Origin: Marsupella aquatica
Lineage: Eukaryota; Plantae; Marchantiophyta
Direction of reading: 5' to 3'
Assembly: GCA_973895155.1 (NCBI GenBank)
Contig: OZ316896.1
Location: 2,480,001-2,544,000 of the forward strand
DNA length: 64,000 bases
Shown piece after piece: positions 52,701 to 64,000 of the stretch. The position numbers were made by a program, and so were the translations under genes. Position 1 is the stretch's first letter. Each line of letters starts with the position of its first letter. The notes under the pieces are model-generated. The model did no database searches. It worked only from the letters and a program-made list of their open reading frames with translations, and was not told the origin of the DNA.

Positions 52701-52825
52701 TCTCCCCTAAACATTTCAACACCCCAAAATTACAGGAAAGAAGCTCACGATCGCCACGACCTCATTCCTCTGTACGCCTGTGAGTGTCAAAGCTTTTGGC
52801 AATTAGATTGAGGTCAAAGACATAC

Positions 52826-55800
52826 CTATTTAAGCAGAGGCTCTTGCAAGCTTGAAGTGACTTTGATTGTTGATAGGACATCAGGAGTTGGTACAGCTTC
52901 TTCTAAAAGTGAACGCAGCTGTTGATCTTTCATCTTTCCCCAGGTGATCGAATATAGTCCGCTAATGATGACCAGAGTTCCCAATACACTGCACCCGAGT
53001 CGACTTGGTGAGCACTAAGTCGGTCTCAAAATGTCTTTCCAGAAAAATAATACCACTCATAGCATATCTTGTAACTGATTCGGGTAAACTCTTCCGAAGA
53101 CTCCTGCGAAAGCTGGGAAGTTCAAATTAACACCACATCCAAGAAATCGTTGCAAGCGACACGATCGGAAGTAATCCAGACAATAAAACAGGGAATTGGA
53201 TCTGGGCTATACCATCCCAATTGAATGCTTTCACCGAGAAAAATAAGAGAAAGAGTACTCGTGACAAAGGGCTGAAGAGGGTGGTAAGAGGCTACGAACA
53301 CGGGACCAGCCTTTTGTACTGCCCACAACAACAATGTCCAGTTCGCACCTGAAGCTATCAGGCCCTGCACATCAGCAACTTCTCACACATTAGAGGAGCC
53401 CACATCAATGTTGGGAATTCGACTTGTGCTAATCCACATCTGGCGTAACCCCGTGATACGTTAGATCATATCAGAAACTACAGATAAAGAACAGAATTAA
53501 ACAATAAAGTGGAGAAGGATACTAATACTAACCATATATAAAACTGCGATTATCGTTGAAGGTTGACGATAAAGGACCCACTCAGAACTGTCCTGAACAG
53601 TCAGGAGTCCTAGAATTGCAAGTGCAAGGGCACCACCGAAATAGGAAATTGCTGCGATCGAGACTGGTGCTGGGCATCTCTTCAAAAGTGGAACCTGCCA
53701 ACAGCAAGAAAATGTTAATGCATTTTCTGGATCTCCGCGCGCGCGTACTGCGCTTCAATGACATCAGCCCGAGTAGGTGCCACTCGACTACTAACTTAGC
53801 TCAATGATCGCAAGGACGTTTCTTCAAAAGGAGTTCATCCATACATGCTGCCAGAACAAAACAAAAAACGAAACAATACTGCACTGCAGAAAAGGATTTC
53901 GTAATATTGTGAATTGCAAATTCTGGCGTCTGATTTCTACCTGTAGTGTGATGGTGGTAGCGAAACAAATTGCCCCAAGGCAACATAAGATCACACCTAT
54001 CTGCCAGCTTTCTATGCCAAGGTCTACCATGGTAACTAGAGAGGTGCCTTTGCCATCAACTTGCAATTCTGATCCAGGACTGTTATGTAAGCCTGGGGAA
54101 AGGGCGCCTAGAATTGCAGGGCCCTTGTAAACTGCTACAATTGCACCCCCACCGACGGCACATATACAGCCTACCACTTTTGCTTGCCCATCAAACCTTC
54201 TCCAATTGATATGCTCCAAACTGCATGAAAGAATTTGCATCAGTTCTGACTAAATAATACAAATTCTGACAGCAACATAGAAATTGAATTCGCACCGGTC
54301 TAAAGAAACCAAATAGTAGAGGGCTTTCCCAGGGAAGCCTTCAGAAGAACCAACAATCAGCTGCGAACTATATCTAAACAGGTCATTTGGATGGTGTACA
54401 AATTGACCAGGAGAACTCGATTTCAAGGGGAAAGATACCGCACAATAAACAGTCAGTATGATTAAGAATCAACTGTCCGTGGGGCTAACGTCACTTAGTT
54501 TACAGTTGTAAGTTATCTATTGTGAAAGGCCGTACTGTTTTCTGGAACTCAACTATGTTTTAAAGCTGGAAAAGCGAAAAAAACGAGAGCATTGTGACAG
54601 AAGCTTTACCCAAACACCGCCGAGATGAAGAATACCAAAACTGGAACTGTCATTGAAATAGCAGAAGCAAGTGAAGGGGTTGCCAGTTCTAAGCCGAACA
54701 GCATTAGCAGTTGGTGAGCAAATACCCTGACAATCATAATTCCAAGAAAATTCTCCATCAAGAAATCAGCACTAGCACTTCACTCGAAAAAGCTTTGGAA
54801 TGTGTAGCAGAGCTGTGTCAAGAATCTCGAAAGTTCTGTTACGAAATTTGGAGATAGGAAGGACGCTTCATACCCCAAGGATACAGAACAGGTAATCTGG
54901 CGTATGAAGACTTAAGAAAGGCAGAGCAAAGACTGATCTAAAACTGGACGTCAGTTATATCCAGGCATATCCCGGACCAATCTAATTCCAATTAAAAAAG
55001 TCGTGATTGTAGCCACCTTTGCCGCAAGTTTGTTGCTAATTAAAACGATGCTCGTCATCAAATCAACTCGCTAATGCTTAGCAGTTGTGCTAACTTCTGA
55101 GAGGTTGGGCAATGGAAGATTCCTGATTTTGTATTCAAGTTCTTACAGTGAAGCAAAAAATACCACCAGCTATTCGTGTGGGATTTTGAACTGACTGCAC
55201 GTTTTGCAAAAGTCAATCTTCTCACTAAAACTCTCCCCTGAATTTCTCAACCCGTAATATTGTGACTGTAAATAGCGTTGTACAAATGTACCCGAGTATT
55301 CGGAAGTAACAATGACTACCGCTAGTAATGTGTTGACAATCGTTTGAAAATCAAGCTGCAACAGCAGCCGACCCCGCGACCTGAGACAGCACTCCCTCCG
55401 TCCACCAAGAGCAACATTTGTAAACAAAAATGTCTCCTAATGGAAAAGTCATTGAACTTGTAAATTAAACCCACCTGGAAAGAACACTGAAGATTATCGC
55501 GCAGTAAACTTGTAGATCTCCTTCTCTACTCCTCTGAAAGATAATGTGAGTTGAGGCGGAAATTGATTTTTAGAAGTGTCGCTCTTATTGTTGGTCGGAG
55601 GGAGTATTTTCAGATCCGCTGAAGCGACAGATTCAACCGGGCTATTCTTGCGGGAGTTTACGAAATCAATTAGAATTCTCCAATTAATATCCCTACCCAA
55701 GGATTGTGGGTCTATAGTTCGTTGCGACCAACTTCTCTCAAAAACAGCGGGAGGAGTTACTCAAGCCGTTAAGCTCCAGCTGACCAGCCTTTGATCATCT

Positions 55801-57005
55801 TTCTAAATTTCAATGAATGCCGGAAGAGTAACGAGATGAGACGCTCAAAATGGGGCTCCCCATTTTAGCAGAATCTCTCAGTGCAGGCAAGCTTCGTTGA
55901 AGGGAGCGGGGCAGGATTTGGTCACTCCACAGAAGTACGACACGAACTCCAGGGAACGCCGCAGAACAAATACGCCTGGCACTGCCACTAGAAGCAACCG
56001 GGTATCGCTAACAACGCTGCACGCATCAACAGAACATACTCGTAATAAACAAGAAGACCACGCTTCCTGGCGGTTCCTGTGGTACTTCTGTGGGGTAACC
56101 AAAGATATCAGACCCAAACCTCATAGCAAAGGACATCACTACACGGTGAAATTGATTAGTTGGGCCAGTTGCGAGTCAATCAAGCACATCACTCTTGCCT
56201 CGCGAGATCGTATGGGATATGAGTGAAATGCCAACCCAAGTCCAAGAAGCAGAACCAGCGTTATTGCCGTACGGTCGAAGTAGACGCGTTTCCCTCTACA
56301 AAATTCAGCCACGTAAGAAAGAGAGTCAAGTTTCCAGTAAAATCCTGGATTGCCATTACTCAGCAACGAGACTTGAAAAGTTATGCGAAAATGATGAACA
56401 AGGATAAACTTCGCCTCTTCAATTTGACAAAAATCCTCTTTCATAAGATTCATTGAACTGTCGGCCTTAGCCTCTTCAGAACAACTAAGCTTTGCGACCT
56501 TGTCTGTCTTTCGTCAGAACATATAATTAAAACTAGAAACCGCTCTGTTCGTCTATGTCACAGAACTGATCTCGAAGTTCAGGTGCTCATACCCAATCAT
56601 TGATTAAACCTGTTCCTCGGCACTCTACTATGAACTGCATGTTCACGAGATTAATCAGCGTTCGCCTGCAAACAACGGAAGATCTAGTACTCATATTTTT
56701 ATGTAAAATCTAGTACTCAATTTCATTCAGGCACCAATTGTCCTGCTTGTCATGAGGCGGCAGAGCTGGTGCTGCCAGGATGAATACCTCTCGGCGAAGT
56801 AAGCCCAAGGGGCAAGCGCCAAGAATGCAATCACATCCCGATACACGGCATACACGATTGGGTTGACACCAGCGGTCAGAGCAACCTTGCTGATAACGTT
56901 GCCGCCTGCAATCCCACACTGCACCAGCACTAGCACCGCATGGACCTTCCAGAAGCTTTCTGCTTGAGCTTCCGATCTAGAAACAATGGAGGAAGGAGGA
57001 GCCAT
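52826..57005 (-). CDS. WAT1-related / UMAMIT (EamA, nodulin MtN21) transporter; 7 exons, exon 2 at 56236-56295
   Basis: KVALTAGVNPIVYAVYRDVIA..LAPWAYFAER|GKRV..LLLGLG|VFAHQLLMLFGL; AKVVG..VGGG..VYKGP; KAGPVFVASYHPLQ..FLGE; last exon VLGTLVIISGLYSITWGK...EPLLK*. Confidence 0.92.
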
Positions 57006-57061
57006 GACTGCAAAATTGGGAAGGCTGGATTGAAAGTTTGGAGCAGATTCTCACACCAAGT

Positions 57062-57431
57062 TTTCTGGTTGTTCTGGAGCTCTAGACAAATTCATCCTCA
57101 TGGCAGTCCTGTGCATAGCATTCTGGTTGTTTTGGAGCTCTAGACGAACTCATCCTCATGCATGGCAGGCCTAAGCACTCCTCATGGCAGTCCTGTGCAT
57201 AGCATTCTGGTTGTTCTGGAGCTCTAGACGAACTCATCCTCATGCATGGCAGGCCTAAGCACATTCCGATGCATAGCACACTAGCAGTCCTATGCTGTTT
57301 GCTTGACAATTTGTTGCTCAATAGCACTCTACTACAGTAGTGGCCTAAGCACATTCCGATGCATAGCACACTAGCAGTCCTATGCTGTTTGCTTGACAAT
57401 TTGTTGCTCAATAGCACTCTACTACAGTAGT
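57062..57431. repeat. Nested tandem duplications: ~84-bp x2 (57096-57261) and perfect 90-bp x2 (57252-57431)
   Basis: Directly visible repeats between the WAT1-like start codon and the 3' end of the CRE element. Confidence 0.92.
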
Positions 57432-60113
57432 TCTTTTGACGTTGTTGGGAAAAACGGATACTTTTTACAGAAAAGGGCCAAATAGAGTACAAAAGAATAA
57501 ACAAGAGAGGTCCCAAGTGGACAAAACGAAACGCAAAAGAAGTGAGCAAAAGAGTATATACACACTTTTTATATACAAAGGGACCAAACAGAGTACAAAA
57601 GAACAAACAAAAGAGGGCCCAAGTGGACAAAACCAAACGAAAAAGAAGTGAGCAAAAGGGAACCACTAAACACCAAGAAAGAGGAACTAAAAGTAAGAAA
57701 TGAACAATAAGAAACCCCTAAAAACCAAGAAAGAGAGACTAAAACTAACCCAAGCGGACCGAGGTCCTCATCATTCCTAGCGAATGTGGCAAAAAGCTAA
57801 TGGTCCACATCAAGGGTCAAAACTAGATCGGCAAGGGGGATTGGAACATCCTCTAGGGGAGCTAGCCGCTGCGGAGGCACACTAGCACCCACTGTAAGAG
57901 ATCGACGATAGATGGCCCGAGCTTGAGCACGCTGTAAGGTGACTGAAATGCATTGGCAAAAGTGCGTGGTCAAAACAAAAAGCGGGGGTCCGGAGGGACC
58001 CATTCGGCCATGAACATCCCGGGCAGCTTGCCGAAGAAGCCCATCAAACTGAGGATGAAGACGCCCAAATAGCTCCAGAGCAAGGGGGAGGAAGTTGTCG
58101 GATGAAGCTCGTGCAACATATTTGGCCTCCTTCGTTGTTGTCGCACGTGACGCTGCTGCCCCTGCCATAGTTGCCGTTGTCCCGATGATGTCTTGGCGCA
58201 ATGGGTTTGCCACCACTACATCTGCCAAAGTACGTTGACCCTCACGGACCATGGTAAGATCCACCCGTAACCGCTGTGATGGAGGACCAGGTAACTCGAG
58301 TACCACCTCCCGTCGCATGCATACCAAAGAGCCAGAGAGAACCTGAGCAGTCGCATCGCGCACAACATCGTGAACAATAATGGTTTCACCTCCCAAACTG
58401 CACCGAAGAAGATGGACACCTGTGGCATCACAAGGCTTCCCACAAGTGCAAGAAGGAGGTAAACCTGCAAGAAGTGGGTGGGGCAGCCCCATACGAAGAC
58501 GCATGGCTGTGGAGAACTCTGTTGAAGACATCCGCAAATGAGGAATGACTGGATTGGCTTGAAGCCATCCTCCTGCGCCCTTCCCTCCGGAAGAAAGAAT
58601 CCGAGCCCGGTCCGTGTCAGGTGCCTCGGAGAGGATGCTGGAAAGGGTGAAAGCGTGCATACGCCCAGCGAGGTCTGCCTGAAGACGAACGGGATCCAAG
58701 GATAAAAACTCTTGAAAAGAAGGTAACGCGGCGCAAACGGGATCTGGTAATGATGACCGCGCTGCGCACAAATGAACCTAAAACGGGAGGGAACCCTCCT
58801 CTATCTCCATGAGAGATGAAAGTAAAAAAGGACGATCCTCAATAAGAAAATGATCGGCCAACAATGAGAAGGCGGCCGCCCACGCACCCAAAAAGGCCAA
58901 AGGTGCAAGGCTCTCAATGGAAGTAAGCCCAAAACCACCCTGCGAAATAGGAAGACCGAGTTGTCGATGAAGCCACGGAGATGAAAGCAACGTACCCGGC
59001 CCTAAAAGAGAGGCCAGAGTCTGACAAATGGAGACATCAAATGCTCGAAGGTGGAGACAAAGATCCTCGGTAGGGGGATGCGTCCTAGCCAGATAAGACG
59101 CACGAGGGTGGATGCACCGCAACAACATCCCAAATGCTACCTGAGAATCTCCTAACTTAGGGAGCATAGGAGTAGGGGCTAAGGCAGCTTGTAGAGAGTC
59201 AGCGATGAAAGATGAGCAAAAGGAGGCGATACCAACTGGGGAGCCAAGGACCCGAAGACCATCGGCTGGACGTAAGAACCCAGGGGGAAGTGCAAGATCA
59301 GAGGGTAACCCAGCTGGACTCCATGCACGACTCTTCACGGGCTGAACTTGTAAACCAAGGCCCATCAAATGGGTGGAAAGAGTGGCGAGGGCAGAAGTAA
59401 CCGCGGCAAGAGGACCAATGATGTGGGTGTCATCAGAAAGGGAGGGGAAGATACACTCGGGGTGGGCCATGGCGGCTTCCCGTAAAGCTATAAAATGGGC
59501 AATGGCAAAAAGAGGCCCACCCAAAGGGTCACCCTGACGTGTACCTTCTGCAGAGGAAAGAGTGGTATACACACCTGTAGAGGAGTGATGACTATAGAAG
59601 AGTGGGGCCTCGAGTCCATAAAAACAACGGGCAAAGGGGATCAAGGACTGGATGTCTGGATCCGCCACCCTCAAAGCACAAAAAATGGTTGCCCAAGAAA
59701 CCGTATTAAAAGCGTTAGAGACATCAACCTGGAGGACAACCCAATCAGGGTGGAGGTCCAAGGTAGCTCGAATACCCGCAATAACTGTCTCACAACCGCC
59801 GGGAATGTCCACTACAAACTGATGTGGAGAGAGATGATCCGATAGTGCAAAGCGATACTGCGAGGAAAGTGTGCGAGACACAAGTCAAAGAAAAACCTCC
59901 CCAATAGCAATTGGCCGAACACCCGGTGAAGACTTAGCCATGGCCAATAAACGAGAAGCACTCAAGAGCCGAGAGACGAGAGGAGGCAAACGACCGGCTG
60001 CAATACACTGGCAAAAGGAAAAGAAAACTGGAAACCCAAACTGAGGATCCTCAGGGGGGAATAAATCACAAAAATGTTCAAAGACATAGCCGGAGGGGCC
60101 ACCAGCAGTGCAA
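57432..60113 (-). mobile_element. CRE-clade (RLE) non-LTR retrotransposon, copy A, 5'-truncated
   Basis: RT motifs QF...GGCE, DVSNAFNTVS, GTRQGDPLGG, SDDTH; CCHC CTCG..D..G.H...C; RLE HDVVRD..RVD..ADV..KEAKY..PLALELFG; in-frame stop at 58778; repetitive T-rich 3' tail. The 3' boundary is approximate. Confidence 0.88.
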
Positions 60114-63100
60114 GAAAAACCAAGAAAGAGTAACTAAAACTACCGCAAATGGACCGAGGTCCTCATCATTCCTAGCAAATGTGGCAAAAAGCTAATGGTC
60201 TACATCAAGTGTCCTCTAGGGGGGCTAGCCGCTGTGGAGTCACACTCGCACCCACTGTCAGAGATCGACGATAGATGGCCCGAGCTTGAGCACGCTGTAA
60301 GGTGACTGAAATGCGTTGGCGAAAGTGCGTGGTCAAAACAGATAGTGGGGGTCCAGTGGGACCCATCCGGCCGTGAACATCCCGAGCAGCTTGGCAAAGA
60401 ACCCCGTCGAACTGATGATGGAGACGCCCAAATATCTCAAGAGCAAGGGGCAGGAAGTTATCAGATGAAGTTCATGTAGCATATTTGGCCTCCTTCGTTG
60501 TTGTTGCTCGTGATGCTGCTGCCCCTGCCATTGTTGCCGCTGTCCCAATGATGTCTTGGCGCAATGGGTTTGCCACCACTACATCTGCCAAAGTACGGTG
60601 ACCCTCACGGACCATGGTAAGATCCACTCGTAACCGCTGTGATGGAGGACCAGGTAACTCGAGCACCACCTCCCGCCGTGCGCAGACCAAAGAGCCAGAA
60701 AGAACCTGAGCAGTGGCATCTCTCACAGCATTGTGAACAAAAATGGTTTCACCACCCAAACTGCACCAAAGAAGATGGACACCTGTGGCATCACAAGGCT
60801 TCCCACAAGTGCAAGTAGGAGGGAAACCAGCAAGAAGTGGGTAGGGCAAGCCCATACAAAGACGCATGGCTATCGTAAACTCCATTGAAGACATCCGTAG
60901 GTGAGGAATGACTGGATTGGCCTGAAGCCAGCCTCCTGCGCCCTTCCCTCTGAAAGAAAGAATCCGAGCTCGGTCCATGTCAGGTGCCTCGTTGAGGATG
61001 CTGGAGAGGGTGAAAGCGTGCATACGCCCAGCAAGGTCTGCTTGAAGACGGACGGGGTCCAAGGATAAAAATTCCTGAAATAAAGGTAACGCAGCTCGAA
61101 CAGTATCTGGTAAGAATGATCGCGCCGCGCGCAAATGAACCTGAAATGGGAGGGAACCCTCCTCTACCTCCATGAGAGACAAAAGTAAAAAAGGTCGATC
61201 CTCAGTAAGGAAATGATCTACCAACAATGAGAAGGCGGCCGCCCACGCACCCAAAAAGGCCAAAGGTGCAAGGAGCTCAGTGGAAGTAAGCCCAAAACCA
61301 CCATGAGAAATAGGAAGACTGAGCTGTTGATGAAGCCACGGAGATGAGAGCAAAGTACCTGGCCCTAAAAGAAAAGCCAAAGTCTCACGAATGGAGACAT
61401 CAAACGCTCAGAGGTGTAGATACAGATCCTCCGTAGGGGGATGTGTCCGAGCCAAATAGGACGCGCGAGGGTGGATGCATCGCAATAACAACCCAAATGC
61501 TGCCTGAGAATCTCCTAACTTAGGGAGCATAGGAGTAGGGGCTAAGGCAGCCTATAGAGCGTCAACAATGAATGATGAGCAAAAGGAGGCGGTACCGATT
61601 GGGGAGCCAAAGACCCGAAGACCATCGGCTGGACGTAAGAACCCAGGGGGAAGTGCAAGATCAGAGGGTAACCCAGCTGGACTCCATGCACAACTCTTCA
61701 CCGGCTGAACCCGTAAACCGAGGCCCAACAAATGGGTGGAAAGGGTGGCGAGGGCAGAAGTAACCACAGCAGGTGGACCAATGATGTGGGTGTCATCTGA
61801 AAGGGAGGGGAAGATACACTCGGGGTGGGCCGCGGAGGCTTCTCTTAAAGCAATAAAATGGGCAATGGCAAAAAGAGGCCCACCCAAAGGGTCACCCTGA
61901 CGTGTACCTTCTGCAAAAGAAAGAGTGGTATACACTCCTGTAGAGGTGTGATGACTACAAAAGAGGGGGGCCTCGAGTCCATAAAAGCAATGGACAAAGG
62001 GGATAAGGGACTGGATGTCTGGATCCGCCGCCCTCAAAGCACAAAAAATTGTTGCCCGAGAAACCGTATTGAAAGCATTAGAGATATCAACCTGGAGGAC
62101 AACCCAATCAGGGTGGAGGTCCAAGGTAGCTCGAATACCCGCAATAACTGTCTCACAACCGTCGGGAATGCCCATTGCAAACTGATGTGGAGAGAGATGA
62201 TCCGATAGTGCAAAGCGATACTGCGATGAAAGTGTGCGAGACACCAGACGAAGAAAAACCTCTCCAATAGCTATGGGCTGAACACCCAGTGAAGACTTAG
62301 CCATGGCCAGTAAACGAGAAGCACTCAAAAGCCGAGAGACGGGAGGAGGCAAACGGCCGGCTGCAATACACTGGCAAAAGGAGAAGAAAACTGGAAAACC
62401 AAACTGAGGATCCTTAGGGGGGAATAAATCACGAAAATGCTCAAAGACATAGCTAGAGGGGCCACCAGCCGCGCAACGCAGGGCATGGAGGAAGGCATAG
62501 GTGAAGTGGTCCCTACTAAACTGAAGATCCTCCTCAGGCTCAAAATCCTCCACGAACAAAGGGAGCTGATCATAGGGCTGTGGATGGAGATCCTAAAGGG
62601 TCGTCAAGGTGACCTCGCCAGGGGGGGCTGGTGTGGTGGGAGAAAGGGCCTGGACAGCACGGCGATATTCACCAGCCTGGGCTAAATGACAAGAGCGACG
62701 AAGGCGTCTATGCTCAGGAGGATGAGAGTGGCGAGTTGGGTCAGACAAAGCACGGGTAGCAAAGGAACGAGCTCAAAGAAAGTACTCTTCCTGAAGCTGT
62801 TCCCAATCTCCCCGCAGAAAACGATGGATACGAGAGGCAGTCTCACGGTGACCCACACGACCATCGTGACTAGGGAGGGTAAGAGTCCACTGTGGAAATA
62901 GCATGAGTAAAGACCAATAGGAGACCTCTATAGGATGCGCCAAAATAAGCTGCATGAGTTGCAACAAGGATGACCAAACTAATGGGCGCAACGCTAGTGG
63001 GATGTGGTTATAAAGGCGAGGTCTAATGTACCCTGGATGGTAGGCTGGAAGGGGGTCTAGAGTGCGAACCCAACTCCAAGCTTGCTCAGAAGCCTCCAAG

Positions 63101-64000
63101 GAAGGAGGGGCAGAGCAAACTGGGTCAAGAGGGGGCTGGGGCTGGGATTGTGCTTGCTGGCGACGTTGGCACCGGCCTCGCCCGCGATGATGAGGAAGGG
63201 AGAGGCCAACCCAGCCACACTCAGGACAAGTATGCAGGGGACACTCGTCTAGGGAGGGAGCAGGGAACGACTGGATAGGAGGTGGGGGGGAACAGACGTG
63301 GATGAACAGGCCGGAGGGGCATGCTGGAGGGGTGGAGGGGGTATGGGGTGGGGAGAGGAGCCAGGGCGTCAATGGGGTGGGCAATAGACTGGGGGGACTG
63401 GCAGAGCATCAGACATGGGGTCATCACGAAGATGAGAGAGATCCAATGAAGAAGAGCAAACACGAAGGCGACCACGAGGCGGGGGGGAGGAGGGGGGAGA
63501 AGTGTGTGGTGGGGATGGGCGCTTGCCCCGCGCCAACACTCTCAACGTAGACATGACAGGCCGCAACCCGATAAAAGCAAAAGCGCATCAAGAAGCGACA
63601 AAAGGCCCAACCAAGACATGTGAAAAGAAAGGGAAGGCTATGGAGGGAGCCCACCGCGTCAATCCGAGAAACGGCGCCACCGCTAGCCTAGGAAACCGTT
63701 GAGCACGTGCAGGCACAACCGGGAACAAAGCTGAAGCACTCGTCGATGTGTCCGCTGAGGAGTTGGTGCAAGTGAATATTTGTTCGCTGATTTGAGCGTG
63801 CTGCTACAACTCCCAAAGATGGTGGAATGCAAACTGGTCCACTAAATGTGGCAAAAGCCACCCTGTCAGAACTGAAGAAGAAAGGCAACAACCAATCGGA
63901 GGAGAAATGTGGCAATACAGGAATGCTCCAAAGCTGATCAAAGGAAACCGTCACCAAAAATGGAGTAAATCAGAATCGTAATCGGAGCCAAAAGTGGTGG
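60114..64000 (-). mobile_element. CRE-clade (RLE) non-LTR retrotransposon, copy B, apparently continuing beyond the window
   Basis: Same RT/RLE coding region (ORFs 60472-61380 and 61552-62559) plus an N-terminal Pro-rich and Zn-finger region (CPECG..HH...C, 62773-63384); several stops and frameshifts; 3'UTR 60114-60210 matches 57720-57815. Confidence 0.88.

Noticed and set aside
54872-54940. Alternative exon 2 of the WAT1-like gene
   Set aside because: The splice phases do not fit the flanking exons; 56236-56295 fits both frame and family pattern.
57082-57666. 194-aa ORF with repeats
   Set aside because: Translation of tandem duplications and the T-rich retroelement tail.
57700-57730. Telomeric repeat as the CRE target
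   Set aside because: Only a single CCCTAAA-like word is present, not a tract.

Overview
This is eukaryotic, intron-rich land-plant nuclear DNA; a bryophyte or liverwort origin is my inference from gene style and transposon content. It holds six host genes: signal peptidase 12-kDa subunit, a DUF604/GT31 fringe-like glycosyltransferase, AP-3 beta, a Zn-dependent ADH-like gene, GID8 (with a U12-type intron) and a WAT1/UMAMIT transporter. Mobile DNA is abundant. A very young Ty1/copia element has identical 108-bp LTRs, an ATCTT target-site duplication (TSD), a half-tRNA-Ile-type PBS and an intact pol but a ruined gag. There are also two solo LTRs, three copies of a tRNA-type SINE with TSDs, gypsy and hAT relics, and at the right end a head-to-tail pair of CRE-clade (restriction-like endonuclease) non-LTR retrotransposons. 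The main unexplained structures are a six-unit hairpin repeat/spacer array with one compensatory change, a second hairpin array sharing its TGCACTTAG motif, and a pre-miRNA-like intronic foldback. All calls are by-eye readings; no searches were run.
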